64,000 bases of DNA from Hyalangium minutum (GCF_000737315.1 NZ_JMCB01000013.1:310001-374000), one strand, 5' to 3'. Positions 10,916 to 21,151 are shown, numbered from the stretch's first letter. Notes: generated by a model not told the origin, from the sequence alone. Program-made: numbers and translations.

Positions 10916-12540
10916 ATGGCCCGCACCCCGCTGTTCGAGCTGTTCCGGCAGACCACCCGCATTGCCCTGGCATCAGAGCGGGAGGGGGTACCCAGCCGGG
11001 AGGCTGCGGAGGCCATGCGCGTCTCCCGGCGCGCCCTGCTCAAGGGCGCCACGGTGCTGGGCGCTGGGCTCGTGGCGGGCGCTGGCAAGCAGGCGTCTGC
11101 AGAGCTCTCCCTGGGCGGAGGCCGGACGGGCGAACTGCGCGTGGGAATTGTCGGCGCGGGCATCGCGGGTCTGGCGTGTGCCTATGACCTGAAGCGCGCG
11201 GGCATCCTCGCCACGCTCCACGAGACGAACGACCGGCCCGGTGGCCGCATCTTCTCGATGGGCGGCGCGTTCCCGGGCCCGGTGAACTTCCCGGGGCAAG
11301 TGGTAGAGCGCGGTGGCGAGTTCATCGACACCGGCCACAAGACGATGCTCGGCTACGCGCAGGAGTTTGGCCTCGCCAAGGAGGACGTCACCAAAGCGCC
11401 GGGCGAGGTCTTCTACTACTTCGGCGGTCGGCTGCATGGTGAGGTGACCGTCGTCGACGAGTACCGGGCCTTCGTGTCGGCGATACGTCCGGATCTCCGA
11501 GCGCTCTCGAGCGCTCCAACGGCGGACACGTACACCTCGGTGGATCGCCAGTTCGATCTCATGGACCTGCGCACCTACCTGGAGACGCGGGGCGCGGGAC
11601 CCGTGGCGAAGGCTGCCATCATCGCTGCGTACGAGGCCGAGTACGGGCTGGCAGCGCACGAGCTGAGCTGCCTCAACTTCCTCTTCTTCATCCGCGCGAA
11701 CCGGCGCTCGCGCTTCGAGCCCTTTGGCGTGAGCGACGAGCGGTACCACCTGGTGGGCGGCAACCAACAGATCCCCCAGGGACTCGCGGCGCGGCTGCCC
11801 GGGCAGATCCGCTACGGCGAGCGGCTTGAGTCCGCGCGCAAGACGGCGGCCGGGGCCGTGGAGCTCTCGTTCCGGCGCGGCTCCACCTCCATCGCCGCCA
11901 CCTATGACGCGGTGGTGTTCGCCATCCCCTTCACCGTGCTGCGCACCGTGGCGCTGGATGTGTCGCTGGCGCTGCCGGCGTGGAAGACACTGGCCATCAA
12001 TCAGATGGGCTACGGCACGAACGCGAAGATGATGGTGGGCTTCAACGGCCCGTTCTGGGCGGAGGCAGGGGCAACGGCGCCTCGTACTCGGACCTGCCGA
12101 ACCACCAAGCCACGTGGGAGACGAACCCCTCGCACGCCACCGCCCAGAGCGCCGTGCTCACGGACTACTCGAGCGCCGCGCGCGGGGCCAACCTGGATCC
12201 GCGCAACGTGCCGCGCGAGGTGGATCGCTTCGTGGCAGACCTGGGCCGGCTCTACCCGGGCGCGGCGCAGCGGCTCACGCGGGACGCGAGCGGCAAGGCC
12301 CTGGCGCACCTGGAGCACTGGCCGTCCAACCCGAACACGCGGGGCAGCTACACGGCCTACCGGCCTGGGCAGTTCACCTCGATCTGCGGCAACGAGGGCA
12401 AGCCCGTGGGCAACCTCTTCTTCGCCGGCGAGCACGCCAACTCGTTCTATGGGTGGCAGGGCTTCATGGAGGGCGGCGCCCTGTCCGGGAAGGACGCGGC
12501 CGCCGCCATCCTCGCCAAGGTGAAGGTGGGGGAGCTGTAG
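10916..12540 (+). pseudogene. Flavin monoamine oxidase family FAD oxidoreductase, frameshifted at about 12068-12071
   Basis: Rossmann motif GIVGAGIAGLACA and ERGGEFID in the first frame. The C-terminal motifs (HWPSNPNTRGSY, FFAGEH, GFMEGGALSG) continue in a different frame. Adding one G to the GGGG run rejoins the two frames. Confidence 0.8.
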
Positions 12541-12556
12541 TTCCCCCGTGCTCACC

Positions 12557-13225
12557 TCAGTGGAGCATCCCGCTCTCAGCGCCCTCGCCCACCTGGGGCC
12601 GGGCGGCGCCCCGCGCGGCCTTCTTGCGGCGGCGCTTGTTGGCGGAGGCCTCGGTGCCGGGGATGAGCCCCTCCACCGTGCGCCGCGCCGCCTGGAGCGC
12701 GTCCTTGCCCATGTCGAGCACCGACGAGACGGCCCCCGCGGCCAGGTTGCCCGGCGGGCTGTCCGGAGCGCGTGGGTGCGGCCGGGTCGGCGCGGCCTTC
12801 TTCGCCAGCGCCAGCATCTGTGCCATCTCCCGGAGCTCGCTCGGCTCGAAGACCTTGCGCAGCTCGGGGAAGAGCACCTGCTCCTCCACCGCGATGTGGG
12901 TGCGGACGTTCTCGATCAGCACCGTCACCTTGGCGTCGAAGCGCTCGGCCTCGGGCGGCAGGTGCTCCAGCTCTTTCAGCAGCCACTTCACCACGTGGTG
13001 CTCCTCGAGCGCCTCGAGCACCGTGTCCTCGAGGTCCGCCGCCTTGCTCCGCACCGCGGGGTAGAAGACCTGCTCTTCAATGACCGCGTGGATCGCCAGC
13101 TCGCGCACGATCTGATCCACCAGCTTGCGCTTGAGCTTCCTCGCGTTGCGGCCTGCCTGCTCGAACCTACGGAACAGCGCCTCCACCGTCTTGTGATCCG
13201 CCTTCAGGAGCGCAATGGCATCCAT
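12557..13225 (-). CDS. Hemerythrin domain protein
   Basis: LLKADH, IHAVIEEQVFYP, EEHHVV and HIAVEEQVLFP His/Glu ligand pattern. Confidence 0.87.
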   Translation of the reverse strand: MDAIALLKADHKTVEALFRRFEQAGRNARKLKRKLVDQIVRELAIHAVIEEQVFYPAVRSKAADLEDTVLEALEEHHVVKWLLKELEHLPPEAERFDAKVTVLIENVRTHIAVEEQVLFPELRKVFEPSELREMAQMLALAKKAAPTRPHPRAPDSPPGNLAAGAVSSVLDMGKDALQAARRTVEGLIPGTEASANKRRRKKAARGAARPQVGEGAESGMLH

Positions 13226-13368
13226 GGAACGGCTCTCCTCTCATCAGGGGCGGCGCTGCATTCCGCGCGGCCCGGATGTCAGGGAGAGTGGTGATTCCTC
13301 GCACGGCGTGCAGGGATGAAGGAGCGCCTCTTGCAAGGCAGGCCGGGCAGCAGGCAGGAAGGCAGGCC

Positions 13369-13485
13369 TCACCGCACCCGAGGCAGCTCGACGGAGAACG
13401 TGGCGCCTTGGCTCGGTTGGCTCTCCACGCGGATGGTGCCGCCCAGCGCACTGATGAGCTGCTGGGAGATGGAGAGGCCCAGACC
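13369..13485 (-). pseudogene. C-terminal remnant of a histidine kinase HATPase_c domain
   Basis: GLGLSISQQLISALGGTIRVESQPSQGATFSVELP (G2 box and final strands), with no kinase sequence upstream. Confidence 0.65.
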
Positions 13486-13655
13486 GCGAACCCCCAATCT
13501 CAGGCCTTGCAGCGTGTCGTCGCGAGACACCGTTCCCGCGCTCCGGTGGAAAGTGGCCCCCAACATGGGCAGCGGATTGCCCACTGGCAAGCGGTCTATG
13601 GTGCTTTCAGCGCACGAAGTGTTGAGCCGGTCAACCGGCGGAGCCGAGGTGGCAC

Positions 13656-14780
13656 ATGGCACGCATCGCAGTGCTGGGAGCGGGAGGCGTGGGGAGCGCG
13701 GCGGCGAGATTCCTGGCCCGAGAGGGGCACGACGTCACCGTGGTCGAGCAGTTCGAGCCCGACCATGACCGGGGCAGCTCGTACGGCACCTCGCGCATCA
13801 TCCGGAAGACCTACACGGACGGCTTCTATACGGCGCTGATGGGGCAGGCCTACCCGCTCTGGGATGAGCTGGAGCGCGAGGCGGGCGAGTCCCTCTTCAC
13901 GCGCTGCGGTGGGCTGTTCTTCGGACCCACGGCGCACCCGGAGCTGGCCGCGATCCGGCGTGCGCTGAAGGAGAACGGCGTGCCCTTCGAGGATCTGGAT
14001 CCGGCGGCCTGCGCCCGGCGGTTCCCGAGGCTCCGGTTGCTCGAGGGAGAGTCCGGCGTCTTCGAGCGGGAGGCGGGCTTTCTCCGGGCCTCTGCGTGCG
14101 TGCGCGCCAACCTGCGTCTGGCGGCTGAGAGGGGCGCCCGGTTGCTCGTGAAGACCACCGTCGAGGGGCTGGAGCCTCGTCCCAGCGGAGTCCGGCTTGC
14201 GCTGGCGGGCGGTGAGCCGCTGGAGGTGGATCGGGTGATCGTCGCTGCGGGTCCGTGGACAGCGCGGCTGCTGGAGCAGTTCGTCCCGCTGCCCTTCACG
14301 GTGACGCGGCAGACCTACTGCCACTTCGAGCCGGAGGTGCCGGGGGCGGAGTTCGGCGTGGAGCGCTTCCCGGTGTGGATCGACTTTGCGACGGACTTCT
14401 ACGGCTTTCCGCACGATGGCCAGGCGGCCGGGGTGAAGGTGGCGTGGCACCAGACGGGCACGCCCACGGATCCAGATCGGGTGGACCGCGAGCTCCACGA
14501 GGCGGACCGCGAGCCGCTGCGCCGCTACCGCGCTCAGCACCTGCCCGGGCTCTCGCCGCATGTGGCCTTCGAGAAGGTCTGCCTCTACACGATGACGCCG
14601 GACAAGGACTTCGTGGTGGATCACCTGCCCGGCGAGCCCCGCGTCACGCTGGTGGGCGGGCTGAGCGGCCACGGGTTCAAGTTCACCGTGCTGCTCGGGC
14701 GCATCGCGGCCTGGATGGCGGCGGAGCGGCCCGTTCCCTGGGACTTGTCCCGGTTCTCGCTGGCCCGCTTCAAGCGGTAG
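13656..14780 (+). CDS. solA: N-methyl-L-tryptophan / sarcosine oxidase (monomeric)
   Basis: IAVLGAGGVG, GSSYGTSRIIR, CLYTMTPD and SGHGFKF motifs. Confidence 0.82.
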   Translation: MARIAVLGAGGVGSAAARFLAREGHDVTVVEQFEPDHDRGSSYGTSRIIRKTYTDGFYTALMGQAYPLWDELEREAGESLFTRCGGLFFGPTAHPELAAIRRALKENGVPFEDLDPAACARRFPRLRLLEGESGVFEREAGFLRASACVRANLRLAAERGARLLVKTTVEGLEPRPSGVRLALAGGEPLEVDRVIVAAGPWTARLLEQFVPLPFTVTRQTYCHFEPEVPGAEFGVERFPVWIDFATDFYGFPHDGQAAGVKVAWHQTGTPTDPDRVDRELHEADREPLRRYRAQHLPGLSPHVAFEKVCLYTMTPDKDFVVDHLPGEPRVTLVGGLSGHGFKFTVLLGRIAAWMAAERPVPWDLSRFSLARFKR

Positions 14781-14801
14781 CGGCGCGGCGAGGGACTTCC
14801 G

Positions 14802-15332
14802 TCAGTTCATGCCGGGGCGCAGGCGCTTCGCCCAGCCTCGGGGCGAGAGGGGCTCCAGCGCCTGCAGGTCCGGGTAGTAGGTGCTGTAGACGATGATGGG
14901 AACGTCCAGCATCCCCAACTGGGCGTAGATGAGGGACATCACCTCTTTCCAGTCCAGGCCTCCCGTGCCCGTGGCCAGGCGGGGCAGGGCCACGCTGGTG
15001 AGGTGCTGGTCCCGGACGATGCGGCACAGCTCGCGCAACGCGTGGTTGACGTTCTCCAACCGTGCCGGGCCCGCCTTGCCCTTCTCTCCCGGCACCGCCT
15101 CCTGTGTGATCAGCGTGATGACGCGCTGCCCCGTGCCAGGGTCCCACGCCCAGGCCTGACCCGGGCTGGGGTGGTGCGCGTGCGAGTAGGTCAGGAAGTC
15201 CCGCAGCAGGGCGGGCCAGCGCTTGCGCAGCGACAGCGCCAGCCCGTGATCAAAAAGATCCCCTGGCGCGATGCCATGCGCGACGGCCTGCGTTCTGGAC
15301 AGGAGGATGTCTCCCGTTACCTCGTAGATCAT
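14802..15332 (-). CDS. Macro domain (Appr-1''-p processing-like) protein
   Basis: VTGDILLS...AVAHG start and SVALPRLATGTGGLDW motif. Confidence 0.75.
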   Translation of the reverse strand: MIYEVTGDILLSRTQAVAHGIAPGDLFDHGLALSLRKRWPALLRDFLTYSHAHHPSPGQAWAWDPGTGQRVITLITQEAVPGEKGKAGPARLENVNHALRELCRIVRDQHLTSVALPRLATGTGGLDWKEVMSLIYAQLGMLDVPIIVYSTYYPDLQALEPLSPRGWAKRLRPGMN

Positions 15333-15389
15333 GAGCCCCTCTCGGGGTGAGACACCCGGCGTGGGAGAACCGCTCCCATATCCGCACGA

Positions 15390-16481
15390 TCAGGGTTTGT
15401 GTGGCAAACCCCGGCCCGTAGTGAGGTAGACGGCAAAGCTACCCAGCCAGTGTCCCCCTTCATAGTGGGCTCCGGTAACAGCGCGGAGCCCAGCCTCCCG
15501 GTGGGTCTTGGCTGTCGTGCGCAGTGCCCCCAAGCGCTTGTCGGAGGAGGGCAGGGCCGAGGCGATTCCCTCCAGCATCCACGCCCGGCTCAGGTTCAGC
15601 CCGTCCAGGTGCGCCAGCTTCGGATCACCCGGATCCGACACGACGGCCGGCTCCAGCCACGCAGCCGAGCCATTCGAGGGCAGCTCCGGCAGGAAGTCTC
15701 GCAGCCACGCGGCGAAGCGCGCGGGCGGTAAGACGCGCCGCATCAAATCCGCCTCGGCCAGGCACGGCGAGAGGAAGTCATGCCCGGAGGGCTCGTACGA
15801 CAGCGGGCCCCGGCGGTCCTTGCCGTAGAAGGCCTGAGAGCGCTCCGTGAGGAGCTGCTCCATGGCGCTGTCCTTCGTCTGCCGCGCCCAGTCAAGGATG
15901 AGGCCGAAGGCGAAGGCCGTCTGATCATGCTCGCCGACTCGGATGGGGCGTGTGAGCTTGGGGACCCAGTCCCGGATCCGCTGCGCCGAGGCCTGCTCGA
16001 GCGGCTGCAGCGTGGCGGCCCATTCCTTGGCCTGGGGATCGTCCCACTCGCGCAGCTCCGCCGAGAGCTGGAGCAGCCAGGCCAGCCCGTAGGGTCGCTC
16101 GAAGGAGACGCGTCCAGGGCCGTTCAGGTAGGCCACCTCGGCGGTGATGTTGGCGGGGGTGAGGCTCCGGGCCAGCGCCGCCCGGGCGCGCGGGGTGAAG
16201 GGCGCGTCGGGGAAGGTCCGCGCCAACCGGGCCAGCAGCCAATGGCCGTGAACGGCCGAGTGCCAGTCGTAGCAGCCGTAGAAGGCTGGGGTGAGCTCGC
16301 GAGGAGGACGGGCATCCTTGTCGCCGCTCAGCACGTGGGCGATCTTGTTGGGGTACTCCTGGTGGACGCAGGCCAGCGCCAGGTCAGCGAAGCGCGTCGC
16401 GGCCTCGGCGTTGAAGTCCGGGGGAGGCGGGGTGCTGGAGGTGATCATCGCGGTCAGGCCCAACAGCAGCGGCAGGTGCAT
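15390..16481 (-). CDS. DUF2891 family secreted protein
   Basis: Signal-like N-terminus, HQEYPNK, FYGCYDWHSAVHGHW, FERPYG, and HLDGLNLSRAW / YEGGHWLGSF. Confidence 0.8.
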   Translation of the reverse strand: MHLPLLLGLTAMITSSTPPPPDFNAEAATRFADLALACVHQEYPNKIAHVLSGDKDARPPRELTPAFYGCYDWHSAVHGHWLLARLARTFPDAPFTPRARAALARSLTPANITAEVAYLNGPGRVSFERPYGLAWLLQLSAELREWDDPQAKEWAATLQPLEQASAQRIRDWVPKLTRPIRVGEHDQTAFAFGLILDWARQTKDSAMEQLLTERSQAFYGKDRRGPLSYEPSGHDFLSPCLAEADLMRRVLPPARFAAWLRDFLPELPSNGSAAWLEPAVVSDPGDPKLAHLDGLNLSRAWMLEGIASALPSSDKRLGALRTTAKTHREAGLRAVTGAHYEGGHWLGSFAVYLTTGRGLPHKP

Positions 16482-16596
16482 GGGGCCAGCGTACTGGCTT
16501 CGCGACCCCGTGGGGCATGTACATTTCCAAGTGCGGAGAAGCAGAATGGGGCCACCGGGCGCCCTCTGGCTCGGTGCGGGCCGTGGAGATTCCTCA

Positions 16597-17151
16597 ATGG
16601 AAGTCAAAGGCGTCGCCTTCCTGGCGCGGCAGATGATGGTGATTCAGGACCGGGGACAGGCGGCGTGGAAGCAGTTCATCCAGGAGTTCGCTCAGCGCGA
16701 GCCCCTCTTTGCCCAGACAGTGATGCCGGTGTCGCGCCTGCCGGTGGAGGCCTTCCTGCGCTTCAATGAGGCCTTGATTGATCGCCTCTATGGCGGCGAG
16801 ACGCAGGTGTTCTGGGAGTTTGGCGCCCGTTCCGCGGAGTACGCGCTGGGGCAGGGGCAGCTCAAGACGCTCTTCGCCGCGGGAGACTTCCGGCGCTTCC
16901 TCCTCTTCACGCCCGGCATCTGGAAGGGATACTTCACCGAGGGCGAGCTGAAGGTGAAGGCCGAGGCCAACGCCTCGGAGCTGCACCTGGTGGGCGTGCC
17001 TCGTCCCCACATCTACTTCGAGCTGTCCGTCATGGGCTTCGCCGCGGGCGGGCTGAAGATGCTGGGCGCCAAGAACCTCGGGCACGAGGTCCTCAAGGGC
17101 TTCTCCAAGGGCAACGCCGAGGTGCTCTACCGCTTCTACGTCACCACGTGA
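16597..17151 (+). CDS. Myxobacterial hypothetical protein (DUF2378/V4R-like)
   Basis: Strongly GC3-biased ORF. The MEVKG start and IWKGYFTEG pattern resemble myxobacterial paralog families. Confidence 0.55.
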   Translation: MEVKGVAFLARQMMVIQDRGQAAWKQFIQEFAQREPLFAQTVMPVSRLPVEAFLRFNEALIDRLYGGETQVFWEFGARSAEYALGQGQLKTLFAAGDFRRFLLFTPGIWKGYFTEGELKVKAEANASELHLVGVPRPHIYFELSVMGFAAGGLKMLGAKNLGHEVLKGFSKGNAEVLYRFYVTT

Positions 17152-17935
17152 TGGGATCGCCCACCCGGATCATCCCCGGGCGGCGCACCAGGACGTTCTG
17201 GCCGAACATCACCTTGCCGTTCATGCGGCGGAACTCCGTGAGCGTGCGCAGCGGCTCTCCGTTCTTGGCTTTCTCGCCCGTCTGCGGATCCACCGTGGTG
17301 AAGACGCAGCGGGCGCAGGGCTTGACCACCTCCAGCTCGACACTGCCCACGCGCAGGCGCTTCCAGCCATCCTCGGCGAAGGGCTCGCAGTCCTCCACCA
17401 CGAGGTTGGGGCGGAAGTGCTCCACCGTGACGGGCTGGGGCAGGCGCGCGTTCAGGGCCTCCAGCGAGGCACGAGACAGCAGCAGCAGCGGGAATCCATC
17501 CGGGAAGCCCACCCGATCCTCGGGGCCGGCGTACTTCGGATCCACCGGGCGTTCCATCCGTGCGTCCACGTAGACCAGGGCCACGGGCTCGCCAAGGTAC
17601 TGGCTGAACCAGCGGTCCGCGGCCTCGCCCACCCGGGCCGCCGAGCAGCGATCGCTCCAGATGGTCACCTCCTGCCGGGGCGCGTCCGCGGGAGGTGCCT
17701 GCACTCGCAGCTCGGGCACTCCCGGAGCGGCCAGCTGCAGCCCGCCCTCGGTGGGGACGGCGCTCACGCGCACCAGCGAGGGAGACTCACGCCCGGTGAT
17801 GAAGGAGCCGTCGGGGCGGATCAGCATCCAGCGGCGATCGTGCTCCAACCCCATGGGCTCCACCCGGGCCTGCGTCAGCGGCAGGGCGCGGGTGGACTTG
17901 ATGGGGTGGATGAAGATCTGGGACAGGACGGGCAT
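17141..17935 (-). CDS. MOSC domain protein (YcbX-like)
   Basis: IHPIKS, HDRRWML, FPDGFPLLL, HFRPNLVV and KPCARCVFTTVDP. Confidence 0.9.
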   Translation of the reverse strand: MPVLSQIFIHPIKSTRALPLTQARVEPMGLEHDRRWMLIRPDGSFITGRESPSLVRVSAVPTEGGLQLAAPGVPELRVQAPPADAPRQEVTIWSDRCSAARVGEAADRWFSQYLGEPVALVYVDARMERPVDPKYAGPEDRVGFPDGFPLLLLSRASLEALNARLPQPVTVEHFRPNLVVEDCEPFAEDGWKRLRVGSVELEVVKPCARCVFTTVDPQTGEKAKNGEPLRTLTEFRRMNGKVMFGQNVLVRRPGMIRVGDPITW

Positions 17936-17966
17936 GGCGCTCGGTGGGGGTGAGGAGGTGCGTCCC

Positions 17967-19283
17967 TCAAGGGGCCTTCGGCAGCCGGACGCGGAAGGTG
18001 GTGCCCTTGCCCGGCGTGCTGTCCACGGAGATGTCTCCGCCGAACCCGGTGATGACGCTGTGGCAGATGGAGAGCCCCAGCCCCGAGCCGCCCGGCTTCG
18101 TCGTGTAGAAGGGCTCGAAGATGTGCTCCAGGTGCTCGGCCTCGATGCCGCTGCCGTTGTCCTGGATCTCGATGAGCACGTCCGAGCCCTTCTCGCTCAG
18201 GCTCACCCGCACCCTGGGCTCGGGGTGGCTCTGCGGCAGGGCCTGGGCGGCGTTGACGATCAGGTTCAGGAAGACGTACGCCAGCCCCTCCTCGCTGGCC
18301 AGCACCTGCGGCACGTCCTGCAGCTCCAGCATCCGCTGGATGCGCGAGCCCAGGGCGGGGACGGCCTTGTCCAGCGCCTCGTTCAGCGACTTGCGCGGGT
18401 TCACCGGTACGCCCGGCTGCGGGCCCACACGGGCGAACAGCTTGACGTCCTGGACGATGCGCTTGAGCCGATCCGTTCCTTCGATGGCGTCCTTGCAGGC
18501 ATCCAGGAGATCCGCGGGCTCCTCCAGCGGAGCGCCCTGGGGGCGCTTCTCCAGTGCCAAGCGCAGGTGGTTGAGGTTGGTGCTCACGAAGCCCAGCGGG
18601 CTGCTGATCTCGTTGGCCATGCCCGAGGCGAGCCGCCCCAGGGCCTCGCGCCGCTGGGACAGCGCCAGCTTGGCCTCCAGCTTCGCGCGATCCTCCAGCT
18701 CCTGGCGCAGCCGGGCGTGGGTGGCCTCCAGCTCCTTCGTGCGGGCCGCCACCGCCTGGGCCAGCTCCTCCTCGCGGCGTCGGCTCTGGCGGGACAAATC
18801 CCACTTCTGCGCCAGCGCGTGCGCCATCTGGCGCACCTCGATGTTGTCGAAGGGCTTGCGGAGGATGAGCAGGCGCTGGTTGATGCCCAGCTTCTGCGCC
18901 ACCTCCTCCCACGAGTAGTCCGCATAGGCGGAGCACAGCACCACCTGAAGATCCTCGTCCGCCTTCCAGAGCCGCGAGGTGGTCTCCACGCCGTCGATGC
19001 CGGGCGGCATGCGGATGTCCACGAAGGCCAGGGCGTAGGGCCGCCCATCCCTGGCGGCCTCCTGGACGAACTGCACGCCCTCCTCACCCTGGGAGGCCGA
19101 GTCCACCTCGAAGGCGTAGGCGCCGCCGGAGCGGGACTGGGGCGAGCCGAAGATGGCCGTCTCCAGGGTGTCCAGCGAAGTGGTGCCCTCGGTGGCGGAG
19201 AGGATCTTCTTGAAGTCCTGATGGATGGAGGGGTTGTCGTCGATGATGAGGATGCGACGGCGGGGCGACGCGGAGATGCTCAT
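17967..19283 (-). CDS. Hybrid REC / histidine kinase-like protein with a His-to-Asn substitution in the H-box
   Basis: REC domain (ILIIDD, FVDIRMPPG). H-box reads MANEISSPL. N, G1, F and G2 boxes are intact. Confidence 0.85.
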   Translation of the reverse strand: MSISASPRRRILIIDDNPSIHQDFKKILSATEGTTSLDTLETAIFGSPQSRSGGAYAFEVDSASQGEEGVQFVQEAARDGRPYALAFVDIRMPPGIDGVETTSRLWKADEDLQVVLCSAYADYSWEEVAQKLGINQRLLILRKPFDNIEVRQMAHALAQKWDLSRQSRRREEELAQAVAARTKELEATHARLRQELEDRAKLEAKLALSQRREALGRLASGMANEISSPLGFVSTNLNHLRLALEKRPQGAPLEEPADLLDACKDAIEGTDRLKRIVQDVKLFARVGPQPGVPVNPRKSLNEALDKAVPALGSRIQRMLELQDVPQVLASEEGLAYVFLNLIVNAAQALPQSHPEPRVRVSLSEKGSDVLIEIQDNGSGIEAEHLEHIFEPFYTTKPGGSGLGLSICHSVITGFGGDISVDSTPGKGTTFRVRLPKAP

Positions 19284-21151
19284 GCGCGGTCGTGCTCGGG
19301 GCTAAGAGGAAGATCGATGGTGAAGGTGGCACCCTGGCCCGGGCCGGGGCTGGTGCAGGTGAGGCTTCCCCCCAGCTCGCGGGCCGCGATCGCGCTGGCG
19401 TGCAGCCCGAACCCGTGGCCGTCCTTCTTCGTCGTGAAGCCGAGTCCGAAGAGGAGCGGAAGATTCTCGGACGCAATGCCCACGCCGGTGTCGGCCACGT
19501 CGATGCGGAGCCGCGCCTGAGGCTGGGAGGAGATGCGCAGGGTGAGCTGCTTGTCCGGGCTCGGGCCCTCGACCAGCGCGTGGCGCGCGTTGCTCAGCAG
19601 GTTGACGAGGATCTGCAGCAGCTTGTGCCGATCCACCCGGAGAGGCGGCACGGGGGTGTACTCCCGGCGGACCTGGATGCCCAGCCGATCCAAGGAAGTG
19701 GCGTGCAGGCGGAGGGCATCATCCAGCAGCTGGGGCAGCGTCACTTCCTCCACCGCTCCGACGAAGCGGGCATGCTCCTGCTGCATGGCCACGACGGACC
19801 GGATGTGGTCCACGTTCTTCGTCAGGGACTGCAGCTCCACCCTCATTGTTGCGTGTTCCTCGGCGATCTGCCGCGAGACGGACTGGAGATACTCTGGCAG
19901 CAGGCGCCCCCTCTCGTCACGTGTCAGAAAGTCCCCCAGGTCCGGGGTGTGCTCCTTCATCAGCTCCGTGGCGCGCACCAGGCCCTGAACCCGCGAGCCA
20001 TGGAGCTTCTCGGCCACGAGCGCGGCGGAGACGTTGACGCTGTTGAGGGTGTTGCCCACATTGTGGAGCACCCCAGTGGCGATCTCCGCCCTGCCGGCCT
20101 TGCGGGTGGTCTCCAGCAGGGTGCGGTGCAGCTCGCCGAGCCGGGCCTCGGCCTGCCGCCGCGCGGTGACGTCGCGGCCGAAGACGGTCACCCCCGCGGG
20201 CTTCCCATCGTCATCCGTGATGGAGGTGAGGGAAAAGTCCAGCGCGAGCTGCTCCTTGCCGCGCGGGTAGACGATCTCGACGCGCACGGGCTCGCCGCGG
20301 AGCGCGCGGCGGAAGTTCTCGGGCCACTCGGGGTGGCGCTCGAGGAAGGGGGGCTGGGCGAGCGGCTGGCCCAGCAGGGGCTCCAGGCCGAAGAGCAGCG
20401 AGTACGACTTGCGCATGGCCGCGTTGGCGGTCAGCAGGCGCCCCTCGGCGTCGAGCGAGCAGACGATGTCCTCGGTGCTCTCCACGAGGCTGGACAGCTT
20501 GCGCTCGCTCTCATGGAGGCTCTTGAGGGACTGGTGGAGGGCCTGCTGTGCCGAGTCGCGGGCCCGGCTGTGGAGCCAGCTCAGCGTCCACACGCCCATG
20601 ATGCAGAGGGCAGCGAAGATGTCTCCCAGGAGGGGGAGGTTTCCGGCGCCGGGGAGGGCCAGCCGGCTGACGGGGCCCAGGACCCAGGGCTGGATCGCCA
20701 CCGCGTACAGCACCATGAGGGTGGCGAAGCCCAGGCCGCCCCGCGCCCCGAGCAGGAAGAAGGCCAGCAGGGTGATGCAGGGGCTGGCCACGTGAGAGGC
20801 CCCATACGGGTTGCCGAGGGCGAGGTTGGCGGCGATGTAGCCCACGGCCAGGGTGGAGCACAGGAGCAGGGCGGGGAGCCGGGGGGAGCGCGCGCCGCGC
20901 ATGAGCAGCAGGGTAGAGGCGTGGAGCACCGCGGTGCAGCGGGAGATGAGCAGCAGGGGCTCGCGCAGCGCGGGGTCGAGCTCCTCCGGGAGCGTCGCGA
21001 GGAGGAGCAGGTTCACCAGCAGCAGGACGACCGAGGCGATGGAGGTGGAGCGGAAGCGGCCCAGGTCCTCGGGGGCCAGCTCGTGAGGGTCCCGCGGCAG
21101 CAGGAGGGCGTCGAGCCGCTCGAGCCAGGCGGAACGGGAGGAAAGAGGCAT
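19280..21151 (-). CDS. Membrane PAS sensor histidine kinase
   Basis: About five N-terminal TM segments, a PAS domain (VESTEDIVCSLD...GRDVTARR), H-box LHNVGN, and FGLGFTTKKDGHGFGLH. ATGA-type overlap with the downstream gene. Confidence 0.88.
   Translation of the reverse strand: MPLSSRSAWLERLDALLLPRDPHELAPEDLGRFRSTSIASVVLLLVNLLLLATLPEELDPALREPLLLISRCTAVLHASTLLLMRGARSPRLPALLLCSTLAVGYIAANLALGNPYGASHVASPCITLLAFFLLGARGGLGFATLMVLYAVAIQPWVLGPVSRLALPGAGNLPLLGDIFAALCIMGVWTLSWLHSRARDSAQQALHQSLKSLHESERKLSSLVESTEDIVCSLDAEGRLLTANAAMRKSYSLLFGLEPLLGQPLAQPPFLERHPEWPENFRRALRGEPVRVEIVYPRGKEQLALDFSLTSITDDDGKPAGVTVFGRDVTARRQAEARLGELHRTLLETTRKAGRAEIATGVLHNVGNTLNSVNVSAALVAEKLHGSRVQGLVRATELMKEHTPDLGDFLTRDERGRLLPEYLQSVSRQIAEEHATMRVELQSLTKNVDHIRSVVAMQQEHARFVGAVEEVTLPQLLDDALRLHATSLDRLGIQVRREYTPVPPLRVDRHKLLQILVNLLSNARHALVEGPSPDKQLTLRISSQPQARLRIDVADTGVGIASENLPLLFGLGFTTKKDGHGFGLHASAIAARELGGSLTCTSPGPGQGATFTIDLPLSPEHDRA

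Noticed and set aside
12060-12080. Programmed ribosomal frameshift in the amine oxidase gene
   Set aside because: There is no X-XXY-YYZ slippery heptamer or evident stimulator; a homopolymer indel explains it more simply.
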